From Marsupella aquatica (taxonomy: Eukaryota; Plantae; Marchantiophyta): a stretch of 64,000 bases of DNA. The stretch spans positions 20,816,955-20,880,954 of the forward strand of contig OZ316893.1 of assembly GCA_973895155.1 (NCBI GenBank), read 5' to 3'. The notes under the pieces are model-generated. The model made no database searches. It saw only the letters and a list, made by a program, of their open reading frames with translations, and was not told where the DNA came from. Positions 23,830-35,345 of the stretch are shown here, piece after piece. The translations under genes and the position numbers were made by a program. The stretch's first letter is position 1; the number at the start of each line of letters is the position of its first letter.

Positions 23830-25244
23830 ATTGTCAGTTGACTGAACGTCTTCAATTGACAGCAATTCGAGGTCGACAGCTCAACGTGTTTCAAGTTCAG
23901 CTTTGAATCAGGAGTTCCAATTTCAGACATTCAAAATCGTGCGTTGAAAGTTCAAACAAGAGCCCAATTCCAACTGACGGACATTGCCCTATTGCGCGCG
24001 AAGCTCACTGCTCGAACTGTAGTCGACTACTCTTCGACTATGTTGCTGGTGGTACAGGGGCACTGGATACCGTTCGGGTGGGGTATGAGACAGGGTTTTT
24101 GAGATGCAACACAACAAACTCTGAAAAGTCTCCGCTACTACCGTTGATAGCGGGCCGCATTTAGCGGGACGGGTGGGAATGCTCGTACCCCTTGGTTCCC
24201 CAGCAGCCCTATACTTTGGTGATCCTAACACTTGTACAGAACTATGATCAAACTTATTAACAAATTCATGAGGTCCGCATTATCACCCAGCCTTGACAGA
24301 ACTAATACTTTTTTTGAAATTGTGAAAATCTCAGGGTAGGCATAGAAGCACCTGGGCTCACACATGAATGAGAGCCCACAGGAACCAGGGGCGGATCACA
24401 TGAAGCACCTGACTAGAGAGGAAAAGAAATAAGATTAATGTAAGGGAAAATTATTAAAGTACTCCCACAAGTTCCAAATTTGCCAAAACACCCCTAGTAT
24501 CTAAGAAATTACAAAAATACTCTTCCCAATTCCTCGAATGCAAATGTTCTAGATGCCACCAACCCAGTCAACTGCTACAGTTTAATAAAACAAACCTATG
24601 TTTCTACGCAATGCAATGTTCATTGTGGTAGCTCCGTACAAGAAAATATATCGTAGGCTAGTGCAGACATTTCAGGGGCGCTTTTGTAAATCTCAAACTT
24701 ACTCTAGTGTAGAAAGTAGTTACCTATTCTTGGTAGTGCGAAGAGCCAACTTGCATGTGAGCGAGGCGGCCCTGTGCACGCCTGATACTTTTGGGAAAAA
24801 GTAGCTTCTCATTTGATTAATTAATTTGTTTCCCTAATTACTGACGAAGGCAAAGTTGATAACAGATGTAGTGGCTTTCTTGTTTTATTCCCAGACCATA
24901 GGTTGAAACCAACAAGGGCCGGAAATTTTTTAACCTTTGCCTCAACACAAGACCTGCTGTTAAGCCTGCTTTACGAGCGGCTTATAGCATGGCAGCCTGA
25001 AGATGAATAGTATTAAGATCACATCTTTCAGTTTGAGTGCCGCAAAAGAAAAGGCTGATGACATGCTATTTGGGTCTAATAAGGGTGGCTCGTTCTATTT
25101 CTCCCTAATATAAATGACCGGAGGCTTCCAATCAATTTTGGAGGCCGTAGAAGAGTATTTCCACATCGATGACGGGATGACCAGCCGTTTGAGCTACTGA
25201 CCTCAAATGGAAGGCCGCCACGGCGATGGACGTGGTTGGATCCC

Positions 25245-25620
25245 GTACCGTCCGTCACTCGCACCGTCACCGTTGGGACCACACCTGGAAGCTCTCCTTT
25301 GGCCGCAGCACAGGCCGACAGGAGAGTGCGGTCCTCTCCCGGCGATCTGTGACCATGGCCCTTCGGCCGAGGGTGACTGTGGCCTTTCGGTCACGGCGGA
25401 ATCTACTACAGTTACTGCAGTACGGTACTGGGTCGTCTCGTCTCGGCGATTCGGTTGGCGACACACTCCTCGGTACTAAGGTACTGTACACGAAGTTTTT
25501 TATTGCAGAAAGCTACGGCGACGATGATGATGTATGAATTACGGCAGCATCGTTCGAAGTGCCCTGCTCGTCGAAGCTATCTTCTCGACCGGTCTCCGGA
25601 GCTAAGCGGGTATATATAGT
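25245..25620 (+). promoter_or_regulatory. Metallothionein proximal promoter: GTAC (CuRE/SBP core) cluster and TATA box
   Basis: GTAC at 25245, 25420, 25425, 25473, 25481 and 25486; TATATATA at 25611-25618, ~165 bp upstream of the ATG. Function is inferred. Confidence 0.55.
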
Positions 25621-25778
25621 TGTGGGATGTCTACCAGCTCCCACTGTGTATTATCTTCTGCTTTTGCTGTTGTAAGTGCTGATCGCTGTTGTAACCGATC
25701 TCGTTCTGTGGTCTTCGAATTCTCTCGATTCAATTTGTTGCGAGTCTTGTTCGTTCGGAGTCAGTATCTCCTTTCAAG

Positions 25779-26709
25779 ATGTCGGGCTGCGGAAACTCTG
25801 GATGCAAGTGCGGCAGCGATTGCAATTGCGGCAGCGACTGCAGGTGAGTGACGATGATGGAGTTTTGAGTTTTGAGTGCTGTGTCCTTTTGAGAGTCCTA
25901 GCGAGAGCACTTGTGCCGGGAAGGTGGCTACATCTGGAGTAGTCGCGAAGAGTGGATGGTGCTAACGGTGTAGGATTTCCGAGTATGAATGAAGCGAGGT
26001 GCATGTATTGTAGCTTCGTCACAACGAGTGCAGAGTCTTTTCTTAAGGAGAGAGAGTGCTAAACATGCATGCTTGGCTCCGGTATAACTGCCGGGCCTGT
26101 AACTATGACTGTGTGGTCTTCGAAATAAGGTTGGCAGGATCCGAATTGGGTAAAGAGATAAACCATGGAAATTGAGGTTTCATGATTTCGTTTTCATGGC
26201 ACCATGTCCACGGTTGTTCATGGTCCAACCTTTCAGGGTTGATTGTGGTTTTCTTGATTAGCTGGGGAGGATTAGACCGTCTGTGGGTAGGAATGTCGTC
26301 GTCGTTTGTCATGAACCGGGTGAGAGATGAGTTTGCTTCAACGAAAGGCGAGTCATGAGTAGATGTGAGTCAACAGATACCTACATGGATGAGTTTGACT
26401 CACTCGCTTTGTGTGTGGATATCTACCAGCTGCAGCGGATCCGAGATGTACGTCGAGAATGTCTCCGGCATGGAGAGGTAAGGAAGTTTTCGAATGTTTA
26501 CCTTATCAGATCATAGCATGTGTTGCGAAAGCGTCCATTGAAAGTTGTTCAAGAAAATAATTGTTTTGACTCTTTGGGAGAATAATCGTACATGACAAAG
26601 CGCTTCTGTCAATAATATTGACTCGATATGTTGTTCTCGCAGCTTTGAGTGCGACAAGGATGGTTGCAAGTGCGGAGCAAGCTGCTTGTGCAGTGATTGC
26701 AAGTGTTAA
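25779..26709 (+). CDS. Metallothionein, 59 aa, 3 exons
   Basis: Exons 25779-25843, 26430-26477, 26643-26709 (GT-AG, both phase 2) give MSGCGNSGCKCGSDCNCGSDCSCSGSEMYVENVSGMESFECDKDGCKCGASCLCSDCKC*: two CxC-rich domains separated by a Cys-free spacer. Confidence 0.93.
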
Positions 26710-27643
26710 AGTACCAAGAAATGCTTTAATTTTTCCTACGACAGGATGATACATAGTACGAAAAATGTGAGACAAATGGCTTGCCCATATGAGGGATAAT
26801 GATCCATCTCGGACAATCTAAGTAGAATACCGGGGTATTAAGTTTGCTTGCGAATAATGTGGACAGTCTTGCCCAAGACGGGTGACTGTATCCACAGGAC
26901 AGTGTAAACACAATCTGCCCGAAATTGGATTTTTTTGATTTGGTTTTGAACCGAGTTTGTAAGAAAGTGAAATCTGTGATGGATATCTGAATGTGCAATT
27001 TCTCATTGTTGTTGACGGCATGATTGAATATGTCACTTGACGCCCTACCGTAGTCACTTATGAGACCAGTGAGATCGTCAAAATCGTCAAATTTCAGGAG
27101 GCACACAAAATTCGTGTCAGCTTTCGAAGATTGAAATTCGAGTTCATGGATGTTTCCAGGTATATGGTTGATGTGTTGTGCGAATGTCTTTTCAGTTTTG
27201 TAAGTCTAGCTCAATTTTTCTTACGTAGATACAGGTACTGCGTTCAGATGTTACCTTCGGTTAATGAAGCGCATCGGACGTCGGGAGTAAAAAATTGCAC
27301 GGAGAGAAATGTGGGTAGAACGATTCGAGCAAATCGCATGATTCAGGGTTAGGAAACCTACAGAGAGAGCTTTATTGGGCATGGAAATGGAGGATTCAGG
27401 AAGGTGTGAGAAATACGATTCACGAGTGACATCACAAATGCTGCTTTCGATTTTAAAACGAACGATTTGATTCGCATGGCCCTTTTATTTTCGAACTTTA
27501 CGGAAACGTGGAAAGTAAGTGGCTATCTCAACAGTAGCGTGACGAGAGGTGAAATACAATCCGTCTGTACGATGTGGGCCACAAATTGTCGATTCTTGTA
27601 GTATATTGTCTTATATTGTCTTATGATTATCGTTCGACTTTGT

Positions 27644-27731
27644 GGACGAAACTTCAGGAACTTTCGTGTCCCAAACGTAAAATTCTAGGACGAAACTTCG
27701 GGAACTTTCGTGTCCCAAACGTAAAATTCTA
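27644..27731. repeat. 44-bp tandem duplication
   Basis: GGACGAAACTTC(A/G)GGAACTTTCGTGTCCCAAACGTAAAATTCTA x2. Confidence 0.9.
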
Positions 27732-28208
27732 CGAGTGATTTGAGATCTTACTTCAGCAATTGCTATGACCTGCGGTATACTGTGGGGCGATGAAATCCGT
27801 GAAAACCAGGCCTCACAGAAGTTGGAAGAGATTGGAACAATCATGTTACTTAAGCATAATTTGCTAAAACCAGTTGACGGGCGACGGAGTGACGGACACG
27901 TCAGTTGGACGCCATCCAGATTATGCAATGAGCAATATCTTTCCTTCACAAGTTGAGAACTTCAAAAGGAATTGAGATAATATGCTTGCCTTATGCGAGG
28001 CTTTATGGGGGCGATTCGTCCAGGATGCGCAGTTTAAATATTTCAGGGGCACTCATATGTTGTGAGCGTTTTTAGTGTATGATACGAAACAGTCCCAAGT
28101 AAGATACTAATGCAAACAAGAACGTAGTATAAAATGGGAAAAAGTAGACCAACTCAAATGTTTCCATCCAATTCTTGAGATATATATATTTGATGGTCGG
28201 TGAACCTG

Positions 28209-28391
28209 TCTTACTTGATAGGCCCATAGATAATTTTTCTTATCTAATAGGCCGCACTAGGTAAATTTTTCTCCTTAATAGACCCCTTGTCAATATTTAC
28301 CTTTCTTACTTGATAGGCCCATAGATAATTTTTCTTATCTAATAGGCCCCATTAGGTAATTTTTTTTCCTTAATAGACCCCTTGTCAATAT
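28209..28391. repeat. 95-bp tandem duplication built from TAATAGGCCC/TGATAGGCCC subunits
   Basis: TCTTACTTGATAGGCCCATAGATAATTTTTCTTATCTAATAGGCC... starts at 28209 and 28304. Confidence 0.85.
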
Positions 28392-30549
28392 TTTCTGTGA
28401 GATGTTCTTATCACAAGCACTCTAACAAGTTTTTCCTTCATGGAGTGAACAATCACTTTTTCCAGAAAGATCATGGTTAACCATGACTCCAGGCAAATTG
28501 CACGGTTGGACCGTGCGATCGACCTTGCAACCACGGAGATTATTCGGGAAAAATTGTGAAAAATGGTCGCAGCTATCGAAACTGTGATTTGAAAACAATA
28601 TACAATATATAATATATTTTTGGATTCAAAACTGATCATGGGATAATCATTAGGTTTACTTGTACGGGTTGTTTTGGTGACCGTTGGACCGTGCAACAGG
28701 CCACCCCTACATGGTCAAATAAACATGTGAGAGAAACAGGTGAAATCACGGAGATAATGTGGGAAAATTGCAAAAAGCAGCCATAGCTGCCCAAACCATG
28801 ACTATGTTTTCTGGTTCCAAATTTTATTGTTTCGCGGGGTAATTATTAGGTATGCTTTTCACGCTGTGCACATGGATTTTTCATGATGTTTTCATGCGCA
28901 ATTGTCAACTTCAGTGCATAGCTCCAAATGTCCACAATGAATATTCAATTTCAATGTTTGAAATTCTCCCACTGTCGCCACTACAAAAATAGACAATGAT
29001 TGACAAATGCACTCAAAAAATGACAATATTCCCCTACGCAATGCATACAAACAATTCCAAACGAATAGAGACCCAAAGGTGTTAGGGTATACTTTAAAAT
29101 CTAAACTTTGAAACATAAGAAGACCTAATCCATTGTGTCTTCAAACATTAACCCGTCAAATCCTCTGGTATGACATTGTTGCCTCTTTCGATGAATCGCG
29201 GTAGACTATGGCGACCCATGTGGTGGATTAACTGTAAACTCTGACGGCAAGCGTGGTGAATTGGGCTTGGGAGCACAGTACATTAACAGGCAATGGGTGT
29301 GATTAAATATACATACTAAGGTGTGATTAAATATACATACTAAACACCGTACAAAAAGAGGTGTACCTGTCATTAAGAGGGTCGCATTTGGTAAAAAAGT
29401 TTCATGGGACTATCAACAAGTTACCAGTAGATCATCAAGCATATCTCTCCAAAGCATATATCTTTCCAATTCTTAGATAAATTGTACGCCTGTGAGCACT
29501 CAGGTCGATCGGACTTAATTGCTGACAAATCAATCTTGGTGACCCAATTCATGGATAGATTATATGCCCCGCGAGCTTGCAAAGATGATTTGATATGAAC
29601 TTTGATGTCCGGGTTCGCGTTCAGACGTTTGAACATGGTTGAATTTGATGATCAAAATTTGTACTCCGTGTTCATGAAAAATTGAGGAATGCACGGGCAT
29701 GCCTATGGAAGAGTACACAGGAAGTTTTAAGTCAAGAGAATACTTTTGGAGGGCAGCACACATCCGGACTTCAAAACATGAGCGAGGGGGACTTAGCCAG
29801 GGAACAATATATGAAGAGCCCGGGCGACAAACAGCGAAGACTTCACCATTTTGAAGCGTCAGAACACAAATCAAAGCAGAACGTTCTCGGTGACCATACT
29901 AACTTTGACTACATTGAATCGATCATTCTGTGGATCGTATCGACACTTGCGATTGAATCGCAGTAGGTTTGTCCTCACAAATGTTTTCTGTCAAAAATTA
30001 GGATAAAGATAAACGATCCAGTTTTGTCCAACATTAAAGAGCTCGACACGTACAGTAAAACCTTGACACTCGTACCATGAATCATCGCAAGAGGAGCTTC
30101 TAGAATGTGAGCAATTTTTTCGTTGCCATTGATTGCAGGAGATATGAATCAGAGATCTCCTTACAAGCATGAACTGTGGCCTAGAGGGTGTCAAGCTAGG
30201 CCAATCCACACGAGATATCTGTTCTAGCATCACGGTATCAAAACTGAAAGATCCGGCTGAGCTGGGTGTACGGGGGGCCTACCTTTTGACCTTCACATCC
30301 CCGTCAAAAACATTCTGCGAACGGATCGGTGGCATCTTCTCACCAGCACCGAGGGCAGGAATCATTGGGACATGCCATCAGCTGATCAACCTATAAGCCA
30401 GACGACGGTAGTCACACAGCTCGTCCATGTGATGTGACCTGGGGAAGCAAGGTTTTCGCACCTTTTACAGCACGTAGTCGTTCTTTCTGGAACCCTGAAG
30501 CCCTTGTTTGCAATTTTTACTCCAAAATAATCCTGACAGCCAAAAGATC

Positions 30550-30752
30550 TGATTCCTCGTTGGCTGATGCAGCAGGAACGTCACAGAGATTCAGACTGAT
30601 CAATCAATCAATGGATTGGTTATTAGTTGTGAGGCTCACATGCCGACACCCAAAACACCTGATTCGTCGTTGGCTGATGCAGCAGGAACGTCACAGAGAA
30701 ACAGACTGAATTTATCAGTGGTCCGATTACGATATTAGTTGTGAGCTCACAT
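30550..30752. repeat. ~110-bp imperfect tandem duplication
   Basis: TGATTC(C/G)TCGTTGGCTGATGCAGCAGGAACGTCACAGAGA at 30550 and 30660. Confidence 0.85.
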
Positions 30753-32199
30753 CATTCCGTGTCGATGGGATCAGAGCCTGGCACACCCGAACCAATCTGT
30801 AGGGTGTGATTCCATGTCGTTGAGTGGAGCTCAAACTTGTACTGGGGATTGTACCGAGCCATGTCCTTCCTGGAGTTCACGAGCATCCGAGCGTCGAGGA
30901 AGTCGAGATTCGAGAATAATGTACTTGCAATTGTACCGGGGTCTGTACGAGCTATAAGGTGTGACTGGTGACTCAGCGATGGTACCTCCCCCGTGAGTGA
31001 ATCGGTCTCGTGGCGATGGAGTACGTGAAGATTGTCTCTACCGCCGCCCGATGAGATTCGCTCTGATTTGGAGCTGATCCACGGAGCTAGTCCTGATGTG
31101 CAAGCCAAAATGCTTGGATCACGGCGTCTAGTCCATTCAGAAATTAGCCAAATCTAGATCTAACACGGCGATTGATCCACAGAGAATCTAACTGTGTACA
31201 TGAGAGTCTGGAGTTTTTATAGATTTAAAATTGAGTCTCATGGACTCGGAGGTTTGTGTAGCCCATCCCCACGCTGACTCACTTGACACCAGAAATTCAC
31301 AAAAACGGCAGCGTTTGTAATGACTACACTTTCTTTTCCTTAGGAAAAACCAAATCAATCCCCCTCAAATAGCCAGCATACAAAAGTTACAAAAGTGGGG
31401 GTCAATAAGGGACACCATCCGGAAGGACCAAAGGTAGAACCGAAGGTAGACATGTTGAGAGCGGAGAGGCCAGAACCAGGGAAGAAGCTGAGCCTCAGAA
31501 GGACGCAAATAAACCACAAATTGAGGCAGCACCCTCCTAAAGACCGGCTGGTGATCAGGACTGGAGAGGTCCCTTCCGATGGGTCCAGAATATTATAAAT
31601 AAAGAATTGACTCTATCAGTCTACCTGCAGTGCAGCCTCAAAACCTGCAGAAAAAGGGGGTCTCATGGGGACGTACATGGAGGGACGGCTGGACTTGGAG
31701 TGTGTCTTCATGAGTTGCCCATAGACCAGCCCAGTTACCATAGTGACATCTTGTGATGTGTTTGTCCATAGGTGGTCTTCCCAGCATGGATCCTGGCTCT
31801 GTGTTGGGCCCAATCACGTCTGAGGTAAATGCTGAGCCGATGCCAAGATTTCCTTGAGAAGGACTTTCACTTTTGAGAAGCACTTCATTTTTTAATTCTT
31901 TTTTGGTTGCCTTGAAAAACCCTTATTTTTTTCAAAATCAATACCTTTATTCCAATATATGAACCAAGGGGAACAACAAGGAGGACTTCACTTTTGAGAA
32001 GGACACCCTGCCAACATTCACACTGACCGGCCAAAATTCACGCTGACCAGCTGCTTTTGGAATTGTGCCTGGTGGATTAATTGAAAATTTGAATTGGATC
32101 TAATTTGCCTTTGTCTAACATTCTATTAGCTGAGAGACTTAATTTTCTTAGATTAAATTGTGCTGGGTGGATTAATGGAGTTTCTTAAGGATCTCCCTA

Positions 32200-32660
32200 C
32201 AATGATACCCCCATGGATCAAGATTTTCTTCACACCTTCACTCATTGATATAGCATGCTCATACTGGAACATGTTTGAGTTTTTGTCTTGTAGTGATCTG
32301 AAAGTAAATAAAATAGGAGATAACTAAAAAGAGAAAATAATGTAATTAAAGTGCCTGCCAAGAAAAGCAGGTGGACTAATGAAAAGTACAATCAAGTTTT
32401 ATGACACAAGAGATGCTAGGATGTGTGCTAACTCCATGTCCTTATGAATGACAACACTCATTTCAATAAAGACCATAAACTTAGGGAAGAAAGACATGAG
32501 GGGAACTTAAGACACAATCAGAATCATTTCTCTCACTCATGAGAATACTTTGTTCAAGTGGTGGAGCTGTTTCATCTCTAATAAATCACAAACATTAATA
32601 TTTATAAGGGGGCTGCCAAAATAAGTTCAAAATACTCTAGAATCCTAAAATTAATCCGTG
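32200..32660 (+). repeat. Dispersed repeat; a diverged inverted copy lies at ~51550-52100
   Basis: TATAGCATGCTCATACTGGAACATG..TTTTGTCTTGTAGTG matches the reverse complement of 52025-52072. Boundaries are approximate. Confidence 0.5.
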
Positions 32661-33274
32661 GACCTCCATGTTCATCCAAGGAATGTGTGTGTGACTAAGT
32701 GAAATCAATTTTCATCAAGGTGGTAACCGACGGTTTTGAGTCTCCCGATGGTGATGGTGTGTGCTCATACAAAAACAAATGCTCAAAAGATAGAGATTTA
32801 TCAAACGGAAGGTTGAATGTGGAGGAATTGAGTTTTTTGATAGGTTTTGCTTACACATTGGAGAAATCATCTTTCACCCATTCTTGATTGATTGTTTGTG
32901 AGTTACATTGAACATTACTGTCACAAGACAGATTGGAGCACAACACTCAGCTGTTGGCAAAAGAGCGCTTGTCAATTTGGTGGGAAGAACACACAAAACA
33001 AACGAGTCATCACTTCACACAAAGGATTTGTAGTTATTTTTATTTAAGAAAGCTATAGTGTGAAGGGAAGACCAATAATTGTTTCTTTGACATAGAGGTT
33101 GCATTTGGCGTCAACCTGTGTTCAGAGTGAGCTTTAGTTGAAGACTATCTAAGAGATGCGAACAATTCAAACCGGGAAGCAAGCATTGTGGACAAGCGAT
33201 GACGACGTAATCAAAGAAATCAATTTGTAGCGGCTAAGTTTGTGACGGTGACAAGATTGTGATATCTCTTAATC

Positions 33275-33740
33275 GAGAATGGGTTTCCAATGAGCCTCAA
33301 ATTGACAAATTTTGTCAAGTTCCATATGAGTTTTTGAATTTCTTCGTCTTTCCAATAAGTGTGAATATAAGAAATTTTGATCATGAGTTCATGAACTCTT
33401 TTAGCTTTCCAACATTGAGTCCAACATTGACAAATTTCATGTCAGATTTTGTCACGGTACTCAAGATATCAGGAGGTTTTCAAATGTTTGACATTGAGAT
33501 TATTTGTAAGAAATAGAGAGATCATGAGTATCTAAATTTCTCTATCTTTCCGCTGAACCTTACATTGATAGATTTTGTCAAATACTGAGGAGATGATGAG
33601 TTTTTAATTTTACTCTAGCTTTCCAATGAGTGTGACATTGAAAGATTTTATCAAGACATTACTAAAGAGGTCACAAGTTTCTAAATTTTGATCTTGAGTT
33701 TTCCAATGAATCAAACATTGACAGATTTTATCAAGTACTA
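33275..33740. repeat. Degenerate ~70-80 bp repeat array (about 6 units) flanking the Copia insertion
   Basis: Recurrent TTTCCAATGA...ACATTGACAGATTTT(G/A)TCAAG. Confidence 0.6.
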
Positions 33741-33770
33741 AGTAGATTTATTATTTAGTTTTACAATGTG

Positions 33771-34191
33771 TGTTGGGTATTTACTCTTACGTCTAGGTTA
33801 GGTATGACGTGGTTGGTACAACAACGTGGGTTGGTACAACTACGTGGTTAGGTACAACTACGTGATTAGGTACAACTATGTGGTTAGGTACAACTACGTG
33901 ATTAGGTACAACTATGTGGTTAGGTACAACTAAGTTGCACACTATATCATAAGAGGCATGTGTGCTTGGAGAGGTAGAACCAAGGCTCATTGTTATGGAG
34001 CCACTTGAGAGATAGGGAGAGCTTACACTGTGGAGACTCGGTATAGCCGACGGGCTTAGAGTTCAGTAAAGCTCTCTTGTGTGTTCCCGTGGACGTAGCC
34101 TCAAGGAGGTGAACCACGTATCTCTTGTGTCGACTATTGTGCGTTGGATGGTTCATGGGCTTGCCGTTGCGATCGTCGTCTATGCTCAACA
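33771..34191 (+). repeat. Copia 5' LTR
   Basis: Identical by eye to 39844-40264; contains 7 copies of an 18-bp unit. Confidence 0.97.
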
Positions 34192-34193
34192 AT

Positions 34194-34205
34194 TAGTATC
34201 AGAGC
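34194..34205 (+). promoter_or_regulatory. Primer-binding site for initiator tRNA-Met (mutated)
   Basis: TAGTATCAGAGC versus canonical TGGTATCAGAGC, 2 nt after the LTR. Confidence 0.85.
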
Positions 34206-35345
34206 ATGCTTGGGAGGTGACGTGTGTTCGTGACGGGATTTCATGACGGTTTTTCCAGCGTTGAGTGTTGGTGGATTTTCCAGAGTTCCATCGCATGGAA
34301 CTTGGAGTTTATGGGCTCAACGGATAGATCAGGGCAAGAGCTTTCTAACGGTGTGAAGAAATCGTTGAACGGAGCTCGTGGTGCAGAGAGATCTAAGTTT
34401 TCGTCGTTCTGGATTTTGTGAAGAAAGTTGGCAATCGACTCGGAGGGAGAAGCGTCAAGTGTTTTGACTCAACGGAGAGATTGAGGCAAGACGATTGTTT
34501 TTGAGTCCGGGATTGGCTCTTTGATGCAAAGAGGAAGGCTAAGCAAAATCAATTACCTTATTGGACTTGGTGACGGCACCAAGTGCAATTGATCAACATT
34601 CGTTGTTGACAAGGTACCATTTTTTTCTCTTTGAAAAACTGATTCGAAATTGGCTATGGCAATTGAGAGAAATCTGTCATCTTTACCAATTTTTTTCTCC
34701 CTTGTTCTTTCCTCGTTTTGGGTGCTTCTTATATCGATCTTCATCGCCTCGGAGTCTAGTTTCCAAATCTGAAATCCGATCTTGATTTCGTCAAAACCCG
34801 AGTGAGATATCTTGCGTTTGGTGTCGAGGGGTACATTCTGCCGTGTGTATTTTCTACGCGCGCGACCAGATTTCGACGACGAAGGGTGGTAGGGGGTTTT
34901 GGGGGTTCGAGGACATATGTCAGCCCCTCGATTGTTCTTCCAAAATTCCCACAGGGCCTGTACAAGGGTCATAGAATATTCCAAAAAACCAGAGAGCTAT
35001 TTTTTGACCGTCCGACAAAGATTTCATCCGCCGAACGGTAACTTTTTTGGTTATTTTTCGGCGAGGTCGTAGCCATTGAAGTTGGCAATGCAGCGCACCA
35101 ATCACATCGCAATTCCGACAATGGGTTGTACTTGGTATTTCGGTTATTCCCTGAGGTGGTCAAAACGGGGGAGTTTCCCAAGGTTTTACCCACCTCGACC
35201 GAAATTTGAATAACTTTTCCGTCAAATTTCAATTTTGATTTTGGTTTTCAGTATTGGACTCCTAGCTTTGTGGGCTACGCGGCGGTGTTGAGTTTCGAGT
35301 TTTTTGAGAAGTTGTGAAAAACAACTTTTTTTGTGACTTTCTCAT

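Larger units (their letters stand above)
20874..24184. mobile_element. PIF/Harbinger (Pong-like) transposon, full length, both ORFs frameshifted
   Basis: TIR GAGCATTCCCACC (13 bp perfect, imperfect extension). Left flank TAA, right flank GTA, so the TSD is imperfect. Convergent Myb-like ORF1 and DDE transposase. Confidence 0.9.

Noticed and set aside
24444-24831. Possible Mutator-like MITE (GGGAAA...TTTCCC)
   Set aside because: The arms are too diverged and no TSD was found.
29560-31108. Exon-like or pseudogene-like minus-strand ORFs
   Set aside because: No consistent spliced model or recognisable family.
33793-33990. VVPNH-repeat ORF (also at 39866-40063)
   Set aside because: Antisense translation of the 18-bp LTR array.
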